DNA from: Acidobacteriota bacterium
GTDB lineage: Bacteria; Acidobacteriota; Thermoanaerobaculia; Multivoradales; Multivoraceae
Reading direction: 5' to 3'
Length of the DNA stretch: 64,000 bases
Assembly: GCA_011525365.1 (NCBI GenBank)
Contig: WTGQ01000002.1
Location: forward strand, 3,092,140 to 3,156,139
Below, piece by piece: positions 18,360-28,786 of the stretch; the stretch's first letter is position 1; every line of letters begins with the position of its first letter. Below the pieces are notes generated by a model. The model did not search any database. It worked only from the letters and a program-made list of their open reading frames with translations, and was not told the DNA's origin. The position numbers were made by a program, and so were the translations under genes.

Positions 18360-19403
18360 ATGAGACATCGCACAACAGCCATCGTGTCTGTCCTGACGGC
18401 GACGTTCCTGCTTCTGAGTTCCGCCGCCGCGGCCCAATTCGGAGCGCGGCCACCCAACCGGGCGTCCCTGCTCGACGACGGCGCTCTCCACGTCGTCATC
18501 TGCGGCAGCGGATCGCCGCTGCCGAGCGCCGAGCGCGCCGGTCCCTGCACCGCGGTGATCGCGGGTGGGCGGATGTTCCTGATCGACGTCGGCCCGGGGT
18601 CGACGGAGAACCTGCGGCTCTGGGGATTGCCGGTCGGCAGTCTGGCCGGCGTCCTGCTCACCCACTTCCACTCCGATCACATCGGCGAACTGGGCGAGAC
18701 GATCTTCACGAGCTGGACCCCGGGCAGGGCCGTGCCCCTCGACGTCTACGGGCCGGCGGGCGTCGAACGGGTCGTCGCCGGCTTCCAGGCCGCCTACGAG
18801 CTGGACGTCTCCTACCGGGTCGCCCACCACGGCGCGGACATCCTGCCGCCGGAGGGCGCCAAGGCGAACGGCCACGTGATCGAGCTCTCCGAGGACGCCC
18901 CCTCGCGTGTCTTCTACGACGAAGACGGGCTGAAGATCACGGCCTTTCTGGTCGAACACGAACCGATCGCGCCGGCGGTCGGCTACCGGGTGGACTTCGG
19001 CGGCCGCTCGGTCGTCGTCAGCGGCGACACGATCCGTTCGGCGAACCTGGAGGCCATGAGCCAGGGTGTGGACGTCCTGGTCCACGAGGTCCTGTCCGGC
19101 GCCCTCATCGGCGGGGCCGCGCAGGCGCTCGAGAGCGCCGGAAACGCGCGGACGGCGAAGATGCTCCGGGACACGCTCGACTACCACACCTTCCCCGCCG
19201 ACGTGCACGCCGTGGCCGCCGACGCGAAGGTCGGACTCCTGGTACTGAGCCACCTCGTGCCGCCCCTGCCCGCGGCGCAGGCGGAGGGCGTGTTCATGCG
19301 CGGCCGGGCCGAGGATGCCCCGAACGACGCGGTCGTCGCCGCCGACGGGATGCACATCGCGCTGCCCGCCAACAGTGACGAGCGGACCATCGAGAACTTC
19401 TAG
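18360..19403 (+). CDS. Secreted MBL-fold metallo-hydrolase (RNase Z/arylsulfatase-like)
   Basis: Signal-peptide-like N-terminus; CGSGSPLP, LIDVGPG, THFHSDH, VEH...AVGYRV, SGDT, DVLVHE, YHT, LVLSHLVP. Confidence 0.85.
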   Translation: MRHRTTAIVSVLTATFLLLSSAAAAQFGARPPNRASLLDDGALHVVICGSGSPLPSAERAGPCTAVIAGGRMFLIDVGPGSTENLRLWGLPVGSLAGVLLTHFHSDHIGELGETIFTSWTPGRAVPLDVYGPAGVERVVAGFQAAYELDVSYRVAHHGADILPPEGAKANGHVIELSEDAPSRVFYDEDGLKITAFLVEHEPIAPAVGYRVDFGGRSVVVSGDTIRSANLEAMSQGVDVLVHEVLSGALIGGAAQALESAGNARTAKMLRDTLDYHTFPADVHAVAADAKVGLLVLSHLVPPLPAAQAEGVFMRGRAEDAPNDAVVAADGMHIALPANSDERTIENF

Positions 19404-19412
19404 GCAGTCACC

Positions 19413-20201
19413 GTGCCCTCGACCTACGAAGCCGAACTCGAGTTCGCCGTCGAGACCGCCTGGATCGCCGGCCAGTTGACCCTCGAGTTCTTCCGCCTCG
19501 GCGTTGACGCGGAGCTCAAGAGCGACATGACGCCGGTGACGGAGGCCGACCGTGGCGCCGAGGAGTTGATCCGTTCACGCATCGCGGAGGTCTTCCCCGG
19601 CGACATCGTCGTCGGCGAGGAGTTCGGCGCGGGCGAGGGCGAGCCGGGCTCGCCAGATGCCACGAGGCGCCACTGGTACGTGGACCCGATCGACGGCACC
19701 CGCTCCTTCGTCCGCGGCGTGCCGCTCTACGGGATCCTGATCGGCCTGGAGGTCGATGGCCGAGTCGAAGTCGGCGTCGCCCACTTCCCGGGCATCGGCG
19801 AAACGGTCGCGGCCGCCTCCGGTCATGGCTGCACGCTGAACGGCGAGCCGGCACAGGTCCGCGACACTCCCAGTCTGGCCGAGGGCTACGTCTCCTTCGG
19901 CGACCCAGGGCTCTTCGTCGACGCCCGCCACAAGCAGGCCTGGCGGCGGATGATGGAGCGCACCGCCTACCGCGTCGGCTGGTCCGACGCCTATGGCCAC
20001 GCCCTGGTCGCCACCGGCCGGCTGGAGCTGATGGTCGATCCGAAGATGAGCGCCTGGGACTGCGGACCGTTTCCCGTCATCCTCCGCGAAGCCGGCGGCT
20101 ACTTCGGCGACTGGGACGGCAACGAGACGATCCACGGCGACCGGGCGTCCAGCACGACCCGCCGGCTGTTGCCCGAAGTCCTGGAACTGCTCGCCGACTG
20201 A
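19413..20201 (+). CDS. Inositol monophosphatase family protein, HisN (histidinol-phosphatase)-like
   Basis: KSDMTPVTEADR, GEEFG, WYVDPIDGTRSFVRGVPLYG, DAYGHALVATG, WD...ILREAGG. Confidence 0.8.
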   Translation: MPSTYEAELEFAVETAWIAGQLTLEFFRLGVDAELKSDMTPVTEADRGAEELIRSRIAEVFPGDIVVGEEFGAGEGEPGSPDATRRHWYVDPIDGTRSFVRGVPLYGILIGLEVDGRVEVGVAHFPGIGETVAAASGHGCTLNGEPAQVRDTPSLAEGYVSFGDPGLFVDARHKQAWRRMMERTAYRVGWSDAYGHALVATGRLELMVDPKMSAWDCGPFPVILREAGGYFGDWDGNETIHGDRASSTTRRLLPEVLELLAD

Positions 20202-20269
20202 GCCTCAGGCGTCGCCCGGCTGACTGTCGGTGCGCCGGCCTTCCGGCCGGCATCAGCCGGCGGCGGTCT

Positions 20270-20524
20270 TCAACCCTCGCCCGGCGGCTCCTCGCCTTCC
20301 TCCAGGGGACCGGCCACGCAACTCAGCAGTTCCTTCACCTCGTCCAGCCTGTTGTCCGGTACGCAGAGCTTCACCGGCACCGGCGACTTCCCCATCATCC
20401 CCATACCGAACATGCCGACCCCGGCGCTCTGCACCAGAAACGGAATGTCGTACTGGTCCAGGGCGTGGCCGATCGTCTCGGCCTCGAGCCGGGAATCGAA
20501 GGTGGTGAGTTCGACGAACTTCAC
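20270..20524 (-). CDS. DUF2007-like (putative signal-transducing) small protein
   Basis: GTGA overlap with the upstream MaoC gene; [24 protein letters not shown]...KLCVP...EVKELL pattern. Confidence 0.65.
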   Translation of the reverse strand: MKFVELTTFDSRLEAETIGHALDQYDIPFLVQSAGVGMFGMGMMGKSPVPVKLCVPDNRLDEVKELLSCVAGPLEEGEEPPGEG

Positions 20525-20985
20525 GAGTCGGCGCCTTCCGGCAGCTTGAGCATGAGTCCCAGGCGAATGCACCGGGCCACCAGTTCATCACGCTGGTTGT
20601 AGGCGCGGTGCTCGAAGGTGACGATCCCGGCGTTGGGCCGTGAGCGGCTCTCCCGCTTGTCCTTCACCTCCGTCTCGATCCGCAGGGTGTCGCCGTGGAA
20701 CACGGGCCGCGGGAACACGACATCGTTCCAGCCAAGGTTGGCGATCGTGGTGCCGAGGGTCGTGTCGCCGACCGAGATGCCGACCATCAGGCTCAAGGTG
20801 AAGCAACTGTTGACGATCCGCTCGCCGAACTCGGTCTTCTTCATCGCCTCGGCGTCGAGGTGAAGCGCGGCCGGGTTGTGGGTCATCGCGGTGAAGAAGA
20901 CGTTGTCCGCCTCGGTCACCGTGCGGCGGAGCGCGTGGTCGAAGAGCTGACCGACTTCGAACTGCTCGTAGTAGAGGCCCGCCAT
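20521..20985 (-). CDS. MaoC-family dehydratase
   Basis: [62 protein letters not shown]. Confidence 0.88.
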   Translation of the reverse strand: MAGLYYEQFEVGQLFDHALRRTVTEADNVFFTAMTHNPAALHLDAEAMKKTEFGERIVNSCFTLSLMVGISVGDTTLGTTIANLGWNDVVFPRPVFHGDTLRIETEVKDKRESRSRPNAGIVTFEHRAYNQRDELVARCIRLGLMLKLPEGADS

Positions 20986-20994
20986 GCGGCAACC

Positions 20995-22314
20995 CTAGCC
21001 GAGCGAATCGGTGACGCGCTCGATCTCGGCGCCCAGCGTCCGCAGCCGCTCGTCGATCCGCTCGTAGCCGCGATCGATCTGCTGCACGTTGTCGATCACG
21101 CTGCGGCCCTCGGCGCACAGAGCCGCGATCAGCATCGCCATGCCGGCGCGGATGTCCGGGCTCACCATGTCCCGGCCGTAGAGCTTCGACGGCCCGCTGA
21201 CAACGACTCGGTGCGGGTCGCAGAGCACAATCTGGGCGCCCATCGCCACCAGGCGGTCGACGAAGAACATGCGGGACTCGAACAGCTTCTCGTGGATCAG
21301 GACCGAGCCCCGACTCTGGGTCGCGCCCACGACCGCGATCGACGTCAGATCGGCGGGGAAGCCTGGCCACGGCGCGTCCTCGATTTTCGGGATCGCGCCC
21401 TGAACGTCCGTACGCACCTGGAGTTCCTGACCGCCGGGCACGAACAGGTCGCTGCCGTCGCCACGCACCTCGAAATCGATGCCCAGCCGGCCGAAGGCGA
21501 TCCGCGTCGCCCGGTGCTCCCGCGGCCGGGCGTTCGGAATGCGCAACTCGCCGCCGGTCACCGCCGCCAGCGTGATGAGCGACCCCACCTCGATGTAGTC
21601 GGGACCGATCTCGAATTCCGCCCCGCCCAGCCGCTCCACGCCCTGGACGACGAGCAGGTTCGTTCCGACACCTTCGATCGGCACTCCCATGGCCTTCAGG
21701 AGGCGGCAGAGGTCCTGCACGTGGGGCTCGCTCGCCGCGTTCAGGATCCTCGTCTCGCCTTCCGCCAGGGAAGCTGCCATCACCGCGTTCTCGGTCGCCG
21801 TGACCGAGGCTTCGTCCAGGAAGATCTCGGCCCCGCGCAGGCGCTCCCCCGAACCCTCGACGCGACACTGGAGCCCGCCGCCCGGGAGGAGTTCGATGCC
21901 GGCGCCCAGGCCCTCGAGCGCCAGCAGGTGCGTGTCGAGCCGCCGCCGGCCAATGACGTCGCCGCCCGGGGCCGGCATGTTCACGCGTCCGCGTCGCGCC
22001 AGCAGCGGGCCCGCCAGCAGGATCGAGGCGCGGATCGCCCGGCAGAGGTCCGGATCCGGATCGTCGTCGCCGAGACCCGCGGCGCACACCCGCACCGTGT
22101 CGCTACCGACGAACGCCACTTTGGCGCCGAGCTGGCGCAACAGCCCGATCTGCGCCTCGACGTCGCGGATCCGGGGCACGTTGCGGAGCGCAACCTCCTC
22201 GTCTGTGAGGAGGGCGGCGGCGAGGAGCGGCAGCGCAGCGTTCTTGTTGCCCCGCGCCCGCAGCGTGCCCGAGATCCGTTGACCACCCTCGATCACGAAC
22301 TGGGAGCGAGACAT
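20995..22314 (-). CDS. murA: UDP-N-acetylglucosamine 1-carboxyvinyltransferase (Asp-type active site)
   Basis: [74 protein letters not shown]. Confidence 0.95.
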   Translation of the reverse strand: MSRSQFVIEGGQRISGTLRARGNKNAALPLLAAALLTDEEVALRNVPRIRDVEAQIGLLRQLGAKVAFVGSDTVRVCAAGLGDDDPDPDLCRAIRASILLAGPLLARRGRVNMPAPGGDVIGRRRLDTHLLALEGLGAGIELLPGGGLQCRVEGSGERLRGAEIFLDEASVTATENAVMAASLAEGETRILNAASEPHVQDLCRLLKAMGVPIEGVGTNLLVVQGVERLGGAEFEIGPDYIEVGSLITLAAVTGGELRIPNARPREHRATRIAFGRLGIDFEVRGDGSDLFVPGGQELQVRTDVQGAIPKIEDAPWPGFPADLTSIAVVGATQSRGSVLIHEKLFESRMFFVDRLVAMGAQIVLCDPHRVVVSGPSKLYGRDMVSPDIRAGMAMLIAALCAEGRSVIDNVQQIDRGYERIDERLRTLGAEIERVTDSLG

Positions 22315-22482
22315 GTGTGCAGCCGTGTCCATCGCCCGGTTAGTTGACCACAGGAACGCCGTCGCGAGTGCCCGGTCTTCCGATTCGCCCGCTCCTGAAA
22401 CTCGCGCGACGCCGCGACGTTGTAGAAGGAGAGCGGCCGATGAGGCCGCCTGCCCCTCCCGCACCGGCAAGGAGTACCGAAA

Positions 22483-23097
22483 ATGAAAGACCTTCACCAC
22501 CATCGCTGGGCGACCCTGGCGTTCGCCCTCCTGATCGCTCTCGTCCCCGGAGCGCTCCTGGCCCAGGAGCCCGCCGATTCAGGTCACGACGAGCGCTGGG
22601 ACGAACTCGGTCAGCGTTGGGAGGAATGGGGCGAGCGCTTCGGCCGCAGCTTCGAGGACGCCGACTGGGAATCCCATGGCAAGCACTGGGAAGAGGTCGG
22701 CAAGCGCTGGGAAGCCTGGGGCGAGCAGTTCGCCGCGTCCTTCGAGCAGGCCTTCGACGAGGAGGAATGGGACGCCTGGGCGGAGCAGTTCGAGGACATG
22801 GAGAACCCCGACGGCGAGGTCGACTGGGATCGCTTCGAACAGTTCTGGGAAGAGTTCGGCGAACGGTTCGGCACCTCGCTCGGCGAGGCCATGGAAGGGG
22901 CCGACTGGGAGACCTTCGGTGAGGCGATCGGCGCGTTCGGCGAGCAGATGGGCGAACTGGCGGAGCTGATCGCCGCCAGTTTCGAAGGCGCCGACTGGGA
23001 AGGGTTTGCCGAACTGATCAGCGACACGGTCGAAGAGGCGGTCGAGCACGCCGAAGAAGCGGCGGAGGCCGCCGAGGAGGCAGACGAGGAGGGCTGA
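22483..23097 (+). CDS. Secreted acidic Trp/Glu/Gly-rich helical repeat protein of unknown function
   Basis: AAGGAG SD before the ATG; signal peptide ([19 protein letters not shown]|QE); repeated [24 protein letters not shown] and GADWE units. Confidence 0.75.
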   Translation: MKDLHHHRWATLAFALLIALVPGALLAQEPADSGHDERWDELGQRWEEWGERFGRSFEDADWESHGKHWEEVGKRWEAWGEQFAASFEQAFDEEEWDAWAEQFEDMENPDGEVDWDRFEQFWEEFGERFGTSLGEAMEGADWETFGEAIGAFGEQMGELAELIAASFEGADWEGFAELISDTVEEAVEHAEEAAEAAEEADEEG

Positions 23098-23140
23098 CGT
23101 AGGCTACGCGTTCCCGCTCACGACCCCACGGAGCGCGCAC

Positions 23141-24091
23141 ATGCCAGTCGACCCCCAGGTACAGGCCTTCCTCGAAGCGCAGGCACAGGCCGCGATCGAG
23201 AACCAGGTTCCGCCGATCATCGAGCAGACCGTCGAAATGGCCCGGGCGGGCTATCTGGCCGTCGCCGACATGCTCGGCCAGGGTCCCGACGTGGCTACCG
23301 AAGACTCCGCCGTTCCCGGCCCGGCCGGCGACATTCCGGTCCGCATCTACCGGCCCCGGGATGCCGGCGGCACGCTACCGGTGCTCGTCTACTACCACGG
23401 CGGCGGCTGGGTCATCGGCGACCTCGACACCCATGACTACGCCTGCCGGGAACTCTGCGCCGGCGCCGGCTGCCTGGTCGTCTCCGTGGACTACCGGCTC
23501 GCCCCGGAGGCCCGGTTCCCGGCCGCGGTCGACGACTCCTGGGCCGCCTTGCAGTGGATCGCCGCCAACGCGGAGAGCCTCGGTGGCGACCCGTCGCGGA
23601 TCGCGGTCGGCGGCGACAGCGCCGGCGGCAACCTCTCCGCCGTGATGAGCCTGCTCGCCCGGGACGCCGGCGGTCCCAGCCTCGCGTTCCAGCTCCTCGT
23701 CTACCCCGCCGTCGACATGGACTTCAGCCGCCCCTCCATCGACGAGAACGCGGACGGCTACGTCCTCACCAGGGACCACATGATCTGGTTCCGCGGCCAC
23801 TACCTCCGCTCCGAGGCAGACCGCGCCGACTTCCGCGCCTCGCCGCTGCTGGCCTCGGACCACAGCGGCCTGCCGCCGGCGCTCGTCATCACCGCCGAGT
23901 TCGACCCGCTCCGCGACGAGGGCAGGGACTACGCCGAGAAGCTCCGGGCCGCCGGTGTCGACGCCACCCTGTCCAACTACGAGGGCCAGGTCCACGTCTT
24001 CTTCCAGCTCTCGCCCATCCTCGACGGCGGCCGCAAGGCGGTCGACGAAGCCTGCGCCGCGCTGCGCGGAGCATTCGGCGAATCGACCTGA
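23141..24091 (+). CDS. Alpha/beta hydrolase, HSL (family IV) esterase/lipase
   Basis: HGGGW, DYRLAPE, GDSAGG nucleophile, DPLRDEG, HVFF. Confidence 0.92.
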   Translation: MPVDPQVQAFLEAQAQAAIENQVPPIIEQTVEMARAGYLAVADMLGQGPDVATEDSAVPGPAGDIPVRIYRPRDAGGTLPVLVYYHGGGWVIGDLDTHDYACRELCAGAGCLVVSVDYRLAPEARFPAAVDDSWAALQWIAANAESLGGDPSRIAVGGDSAGGNLSAVMSLLARDAGGPSLAFQLLVYPAVDMDFSRPSIDENADGYVLTRDHMIWFRGHYLRSEADRADFRASPLLASDHSGLPPALVITAEFDPLRDEGRDYAEKLRAAGVDATLSNYEGQVHVFFQLSPILDGGRKAVDEACAALRGAFGEST

Positions 24092-24106
24092 ACAGCGGTT
24101 GCCGGG

Positions 24107-27100
24107 CTACACCGCCGGCAGCAGCCGACTCACCCGGTAGCCGTCCAGGTCCCTCTCGAAGCCGCAGGCGTCGAGGGTCGTGGTCCACGGGGACTCGCGG
24201 GCCGGGCGGCCGTCGATGCGCAAAAGCCTGAGCGTACGGCGCCGGCGGCGGCCGGCGAGGTCGCGCAGGGCATCCCAGGCCTGCCGGGGTTCCGGGTCGC
24301 CGCCGAGGGCGGCGAAGGTCCAGACGCCCTGGCCGCCTGCTTCGAGGAAGAGACGGGGAGAGCCGGCCCGGAGCACGACCCAGGCGCCAGGCACGCGGCG
24401 CGGGCCTCGCCTCCGAGGATCGATCTCGGTTCCGGGTTGGGGCCAGGGCAACACGGCGCCCCACGGATTCGCCGGGTCGACGGCCGGCAGGATCCCGATC
24501 GGCCCACGCTTCGCTGGCGCTCGCCGCTCCCGCCGCAGGCGCTCCACAGCCGCGGGCAGCGCGAACTGGCGGCCGGCCAGACCATGAACGAAGTAGCCGC
24601 GGCGGACGTGGCCGGCCTCTTCCATCTCGCGCAGCACTGGATAGAGAGCTTCAAACCCGCCAGGGACGTTCTCGTTCCGGGCCGTCTCGGCCGCGACCAC
24701 GCCGTAGCGGTCGAGCAGCAGCGTCGCCGTGGCGTGCGCCCACTCGGTGTCGCTCACCCGCCCGGCCGGCGCGGCCCGATCGCTCACCAGCGACCACCGG
24801 CCGCCAGCCAGCATTCCGGCGCGGCCGCGGCGGGCACCCGCCACACCGGCCCGCATGGCAGCCGACGCGGTCCCGGCCCGCGGCCCGCGACGCCAGCCGC
24901 GCGGAAGTCCGCGGGGCGCGCGCCCGGAGGGCGACCTGCGCCGCTTGCCGAGAGACGCAAGCGGCAGGAAGGTGTCGTTCGTGATCCGGCCCAACCATAC
25001 GAGGTCCCAGATCGCCGCTTCGACTTCCGTTTCCCCCCAGTCACCATCACCAGCCACGCCGCCGACCAGGTCGAACGTGAAGCAGGCGCCGCGCCTCTCC
25101 AGCCGCTCGAGGACCGCGGCGTGCGGGGTTCCGGCCGGCCCCTCATCCGGGGCTCCGATCGACTCGCTCCCGCGCGCCAGAACCCGGAACCGATCCCGAC
25201 GGTAGATCGCTACCCGGCCGTCTCTCGAGCCGAGCCTGCCGTCGCCCACCCAGAGAAGCTCTCCGGCCGCCGCGAGTCCGTCCAGCATCTCGAGACGGAA
25301 TCCCGGCACGCGGGCAGGGAGGACGTGCCCGACCAGGTTCCGCCAGGAAAGCGGCATGCCTTCGAGTTGCGCCACGGCCTCCCGCAGACGAACCAGGGCG
25401 CGATCCGACGACGCTGGCGCTACTGCCCGCCCCCGGGCCCGCGACGCCGGGAGAGTCGGCGCCGCCGCCGTGTCGACGCCCTGCCAGCGACCCAGGAACC
25501 GCGCCAGGGCCGCTCCGTCGACCGGCTCGGCTTCGCGGCGCAGCCTGGCCAGCGTCCGCCGCTTGATCCGGCGGAGGACCTCCGCGTCGCACCATTCGAT
25601 CCCGCCGCCTTCCCTTCGGAACTCGCCCCGGGTCAACCGGCCGGCCTCCTCGAGAGTGGTCAGCAGGGGTTCGATCGCCCCCTCCGGCAGGCCGAAACGG
25701 GCCGCCGCTTCAGCGGCTGTGAACGGACCCCGGCTCCGGGCGTAGCGTCTCAGCAGACTCTCGAGCGGCTCCGGCCGTGGCGCCAGTAGTTCGCGTGGCA
25801 GGCCTTCGGGCAACGCCGCGTCCAGACCATCGCGGTAGAGCGCTGCGTCCTCCGCGGCCGTCCACATCCGCTCGCCGCCCCTGAACTCGATCTCGACGGC
25901 CCTCTTCTGCCGCGCAAGGTCCACGAGCCACTCACCCGCCTCGCCCGCCGCCCGCGCGCCGATCTCCTCCCGGGTCAGACCGCCGGTTCGCATCAACAGA
26001 TCGTAGAGGTCGTCCTCGTGCCGCGCGCGGCGGTCCGGCGAAAGCCCCTGGAACTCCTCTTCGACCGCCTGGATCACCTCCGGGTCCAGCAGCTCCCGCA
26101 GGCTGGCCGTGCCGAGGAGTTCCCGCAGCAACTCCCGGTCGAGAGTCAGCGCCTGGGCCCGGCGTTCCGCGGCGGGCGCGTCCTGGTCGTAGAGGAAGCG
26201 CTCTTCGTAGGCGAAGACGAGGGAGCGGGCGAACGGAGAAGGCGCGAGGGTCTCCACGTCGTCGACCTGGACCTCCCTTTCCGCGACCCGCGTCATCAGG
26301 TCGACCAGGCCGGACAGATCGAAGAGGTCGCTCAGGCACTCGCGGTAGGTCTCGAGCAGGATCGGGAAGTCGGGGTACCTGCGGACGACGGAGAGCAGGT
26401 TCTTCGACCGCTGGCGCTGCTGCCAGAGCGGCGTCCGCTTGCCGGGCCGGTTGCGGGGCAGGAGCAGCGCGCGGGCGGCGTTCTCGCGAAACCGGCTCGC
26501 GAACATCGGCGAGGAAGCGACCTGCTCGACGACCAGGTCCTCGACCTCGTCGGGATCGAGCAGGAACTCCCGCGCGGCCGGCAACTCGTCGGTGTCGGCG
26601 AAGCGAAGGGCCAGTCCGTCGTCGGTCCACAGCGTCTGGACCTCGAAACCGAAGTGCCGGCCGATCCGGCGCTCCAGCGCCATCGCCCAGGGCGCGTGGA
26701 TGCGTGCGCCGAACGGAGTCAGGATGCACACGCGCCAATCGCCGATCTCGTCGCGGAACCGCTCCAGGGTCACCGCGCGGTCGGTGGGCAGCGAGCCGGT
26801 GCGGTCGCGCTGCTCCTCGACGTAGGCGCAGAGGTTCGAGACGGCGTGCGGATCGAGCGGCGCTTCACGTGCGAGCCAGCGTCTGGCCGCGGCGCCCTGC
26901 CTCTGGCCGAGTTCGCGCACGAAGGCGCCGAGGGCCCGGCCCAGTTCCAGCGGCCGGCCGGGGCCATCGCCGTGCCAGAAGGGCATCCGCCCCGGCTCGC
27001 CCGGCGCCGGCCGGACGATGACCCGGTCCCGCGTGATCTCGGTCACCCGCCAGGCGGAGGCCCCGAGCAGGAAGGTGTCGCCCGCGCGCGACTCGTAGAC

Positions 27101-28729
27101 CATCTCCTCGTCGAGTTCGCCTACCCGCGGACCTTCGGGCCCCAGGTGCACCGTGAACAGGCCACGATCCGGAATCGTGCCGGCGTTCATCCGTACCAGG
27201 AAGTCGGCGCCGCGCCTGGCGGTCAGCACGTCGCGGCCGCGGTCCCACGACAGCCGGGGCCTGAGATCCGCGAACTCCTCCGAGGGAAAGCGGCCGACCA
27301 GCATGTCCAGCACCGCGCCCAGCAGGTTACGGGTCAGACTGCGGTAAGGCCGGGCGCGCCGGACCAGGGCCAGGATCCCGTCGACGGTCCACTCCCGGCC
27401 GCAGCACATCGCCACGACCTGCTGCGCCAGCACGTCGAGCGGGTTCTCCGGCAGCCGCATCGACTCGATCGCGCCGCGCTGCATCTGGATCGCGGTCACC
27501 GTGCACTCCAGGAGATCGCCCCGGAACTTGGGGAAGATCAGGCCGCGGCTACGCTCGCCGACCGCGTGCCCCGAGCGCCCGACCCGCTGCAGTCCGCTGG
27601 CCGTCGAACCCGGCGCCTCGACCAGGAGCACGAGGTCGACGCTGCCCATGTCGATCCCCAGCTCGAGTGAGCTGGTGGCCACGATGCAGCGCAGGCGGCC
27701 CGCCTTGAGCGCGCCCTCGATCTCGCGCCGCCGTTCGTGGGAGATACTGCCGTGGTGGGCGCGGGCCAGCGGCTCCCGGTCATCGGTTTCTTCGTCGTCC
27801 GCGTCGCTACGGGTCCGGTCGTCCAGCTCGTTCAGCCGCTGCGCCAGCCGTTCGCAGAGGGAACGGCTGTTGACGAAGACGATCGTCGAGCGATGGCGCC
27901 GGACCGCGTCCAGGATGCGCGGGAACACGGACGGCCACAGGCCGGAGGTTTCCCAACCGCGCGGCCAGCCACCGCCATCGGCCAAGGTCTCGGGCGCCGG
28001 CGGCGGCGCCTCCATGTCGGGCACCGACACGACGACCTGGAGATCGATGTTCGGCGGCTCGGAAGCGTCGACGACTTCGACCGGCCGGTCGCCGCCGAGA
28101 AACCCGGCCGCCAGGTCCATTGGCCGCACCGTCGCCGAGAGACCGATCCGCTGCGGATCCTGAGCCTCCGCCAGCTCCGCGAGCCGCTCGAGCGACAGCG
28201 CCAGGTGGGCGCCACGCTTGGTCGCCGCGATCGCGTGAACCTCGTCGACGATCACGGTCTCGACCGTGCGCAGGTTGGCCGCCGCCCGCGACCCGAGAAG
28301 CAGGAACAGCGACTCGGGCGTCGTGACCAGAATCTCGGCGGGCTTCCGCAACTGGCGGCGCCGGTCGCTGGCCGGCGTGTCCCCGGTGCGCACGTCGACG
28401 CTGACCGGCCGCACCGGAGCGCCGAGCCTGCGGGCCTCCTCGACGACGCCCCCGAGCGGCGCCTGCAGGTTGCGTTCGATGTCGTAGGCGAGGGCCTTGA
28501 GCGGCGAGACGTAGACGACACGCACGCCCGGCGCAGCCGGCTCGTCGCCGAGGCAGAGCCGGTCGATCGCCCACAGGAAAGCCGCGAGCGTCTTGCCGCT
28601 GCCGGTGGGCGCCACCAGCAGCGCGCTCCCGCCGCGGGTCAGCACCGGCCAGCCCAGCTCCTGCACCCGGGTCGGGCCGGGGAACGAGTCGTCGAACCAC
28701 CGGCGCACCGGTTCCGAGAACGAGTCCAC
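24107..28729 (-). CDS. lhr: Full-length Lhr ATP-dependent SF2 helicase with C-terminal extension (1540 aa)
   Basis: APTGSGKTLAAFL, YVSPLKAL, TTPESL, DEVH, RIGLSATV, HHGS, ATSSLELGIDMG, QRVGRSGH, GELDEEMVYE, PFWHGDGPGRP; C-terminal RGYFVHGLAGRQFA and DPANPWG. Confidence 0.93.
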   Translation of the reverse strand: MDSFSEPVRRWFDDSFPGPTRVQELGWPVLTRGGSALLVAPTGSGKTLAAFLWAIDRLCLGDEPAAPGVRVVYVSPLKALAYDIERNLQAPLGGVVEEARRLGAPVRPVSVDVRTGDTPASDRRRQLRKPAEILVTTPESLFLLLGSRAAANLRTVETVIVDEVHAIAATKRGAHLALSLERLAELAEAQDPQRIGLSATVRPMDLAAGFLGGDRPVEVVDASEPPNIDLQVVVSVPDMEAPPPAPETLADGGGWPRGWETSGLWPSVFPRILDAVRRHRSTIVFVNSRSLCERLAQRLNELDDRTRSDADDEETDDREPLARAHHGSISHERRREIEGALKAGRLRCIVATSSLELGIDMGSVDLVLLVEAPGSTASGLQRVGRSGHAVGERSRGLIFPKFRGDLLECTVTAIQMQRGAIESMRLPENPLDVLAQQVVAMCCGREWTVDGILALVRRARPYRSLTRNLLGAVLDMLVGRFPSEEFADLRPRLSWDRGRDVLTARRGADFLVRMNAGTIPDRGLFTVHLGPEGPRVGELDEEMVYESRAGDTFLLGASAWRVTEITRDRVIVRPAPGEPGRMPFWHGDGPGRPLELGRALGAFVRELGQRQGAAARRWLAREAPLDPHAVSNLCAYVEEQRDRTGSLPTDRAVTLERFRDEIGDWRVCILTPFGARIHAPWAMALERRIGRHFGFEVQTLWTDDGLALRFADTDELPAAREFLLDPDEVEDLVVEQVASSPMFASRFRENAARALLLPRNRPGKRTPLWQQRQRSKNLLSVVRRYPDFPILLETYRECLSDLFDLSGLVDLMTRVAEREVQVDDVETLAPSPFARSLVFAYEERFLYDQDAPAAERRAQALTLDRELLRELLGTASLRELLDPEVIQAVEEEFQGLSPDRRARHEDDLYDLLMRTGGLTREEIGARAAGEAGEWLVDLARQKRAVEIEFRGGERMWTAAEDAALYRDGLDAALPEGLPRELLAPRPEPLESLLRRYARSRGPFTAAEAAARFGLPEGAIEPLLTTLEEAGRLTRGEFRREGGGIEWCDAEVLRRIKRRTLARLRREAEPVDGAALARFLGRWQGVDTAAAPTLPASRARGRAVAPASSDRALVRLREAVAQLEGMPLSWRNLVGHVLPARVPGFRLEMLDGLAAAGELLWVGDGRLGSRDGRVAIYRRDRFRVLARGSESIGAPDEGPAGTPHAAVLERLERRGACFTFDLVGGVAGDGDWGETEVEAAIWDLVWLGRITNDTFLPLASLGKRRRSPSGRAPRGLPRGWRRGPRAGTASAAMRAGVAGARRGRAGMLAGGRWSLVSDRAAPAGRVSDTEWAHATATLLLDRYGVVAAETARNENVPGGFEALYPVLREMEEAGHVRRGYFVHGLAGRQFALPAAVERLRRERRAPAKRGPIGILPAVDPANPWGAVLPWPQPGTEIDPRRRGPRRVPGAWVVLRAGSPRLFLEAGGQGVWTFAALGGDPEPRQAWDALRDLAGRRRRRTLRLLRIDGRPARESPWTTTLDACGFERDLDGYRVSRLLPAV

Positions 28730-28786
28730 AGGGCATCCTACGCGCCCATGAATAGCGAGTGCGGCTGCTAACCTCGCCCGCCAGCG

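Noticed and set aside
22600-23010. DNA-level repeats (GCCGACTGGGA etc.) as a nucleotide repeat array
   Set aside because: They are in-frame codon repeats of the ADWE protein motif within one CDS.
24780-24960. Arg/Gly-rich low-complexity stretch in Lhr as an inserted element or intein
   Set aside because: The frame is intact, there are no intein terminal motifs, and a variable basic linker at this point is usual in long Lhr proteins as I recall.
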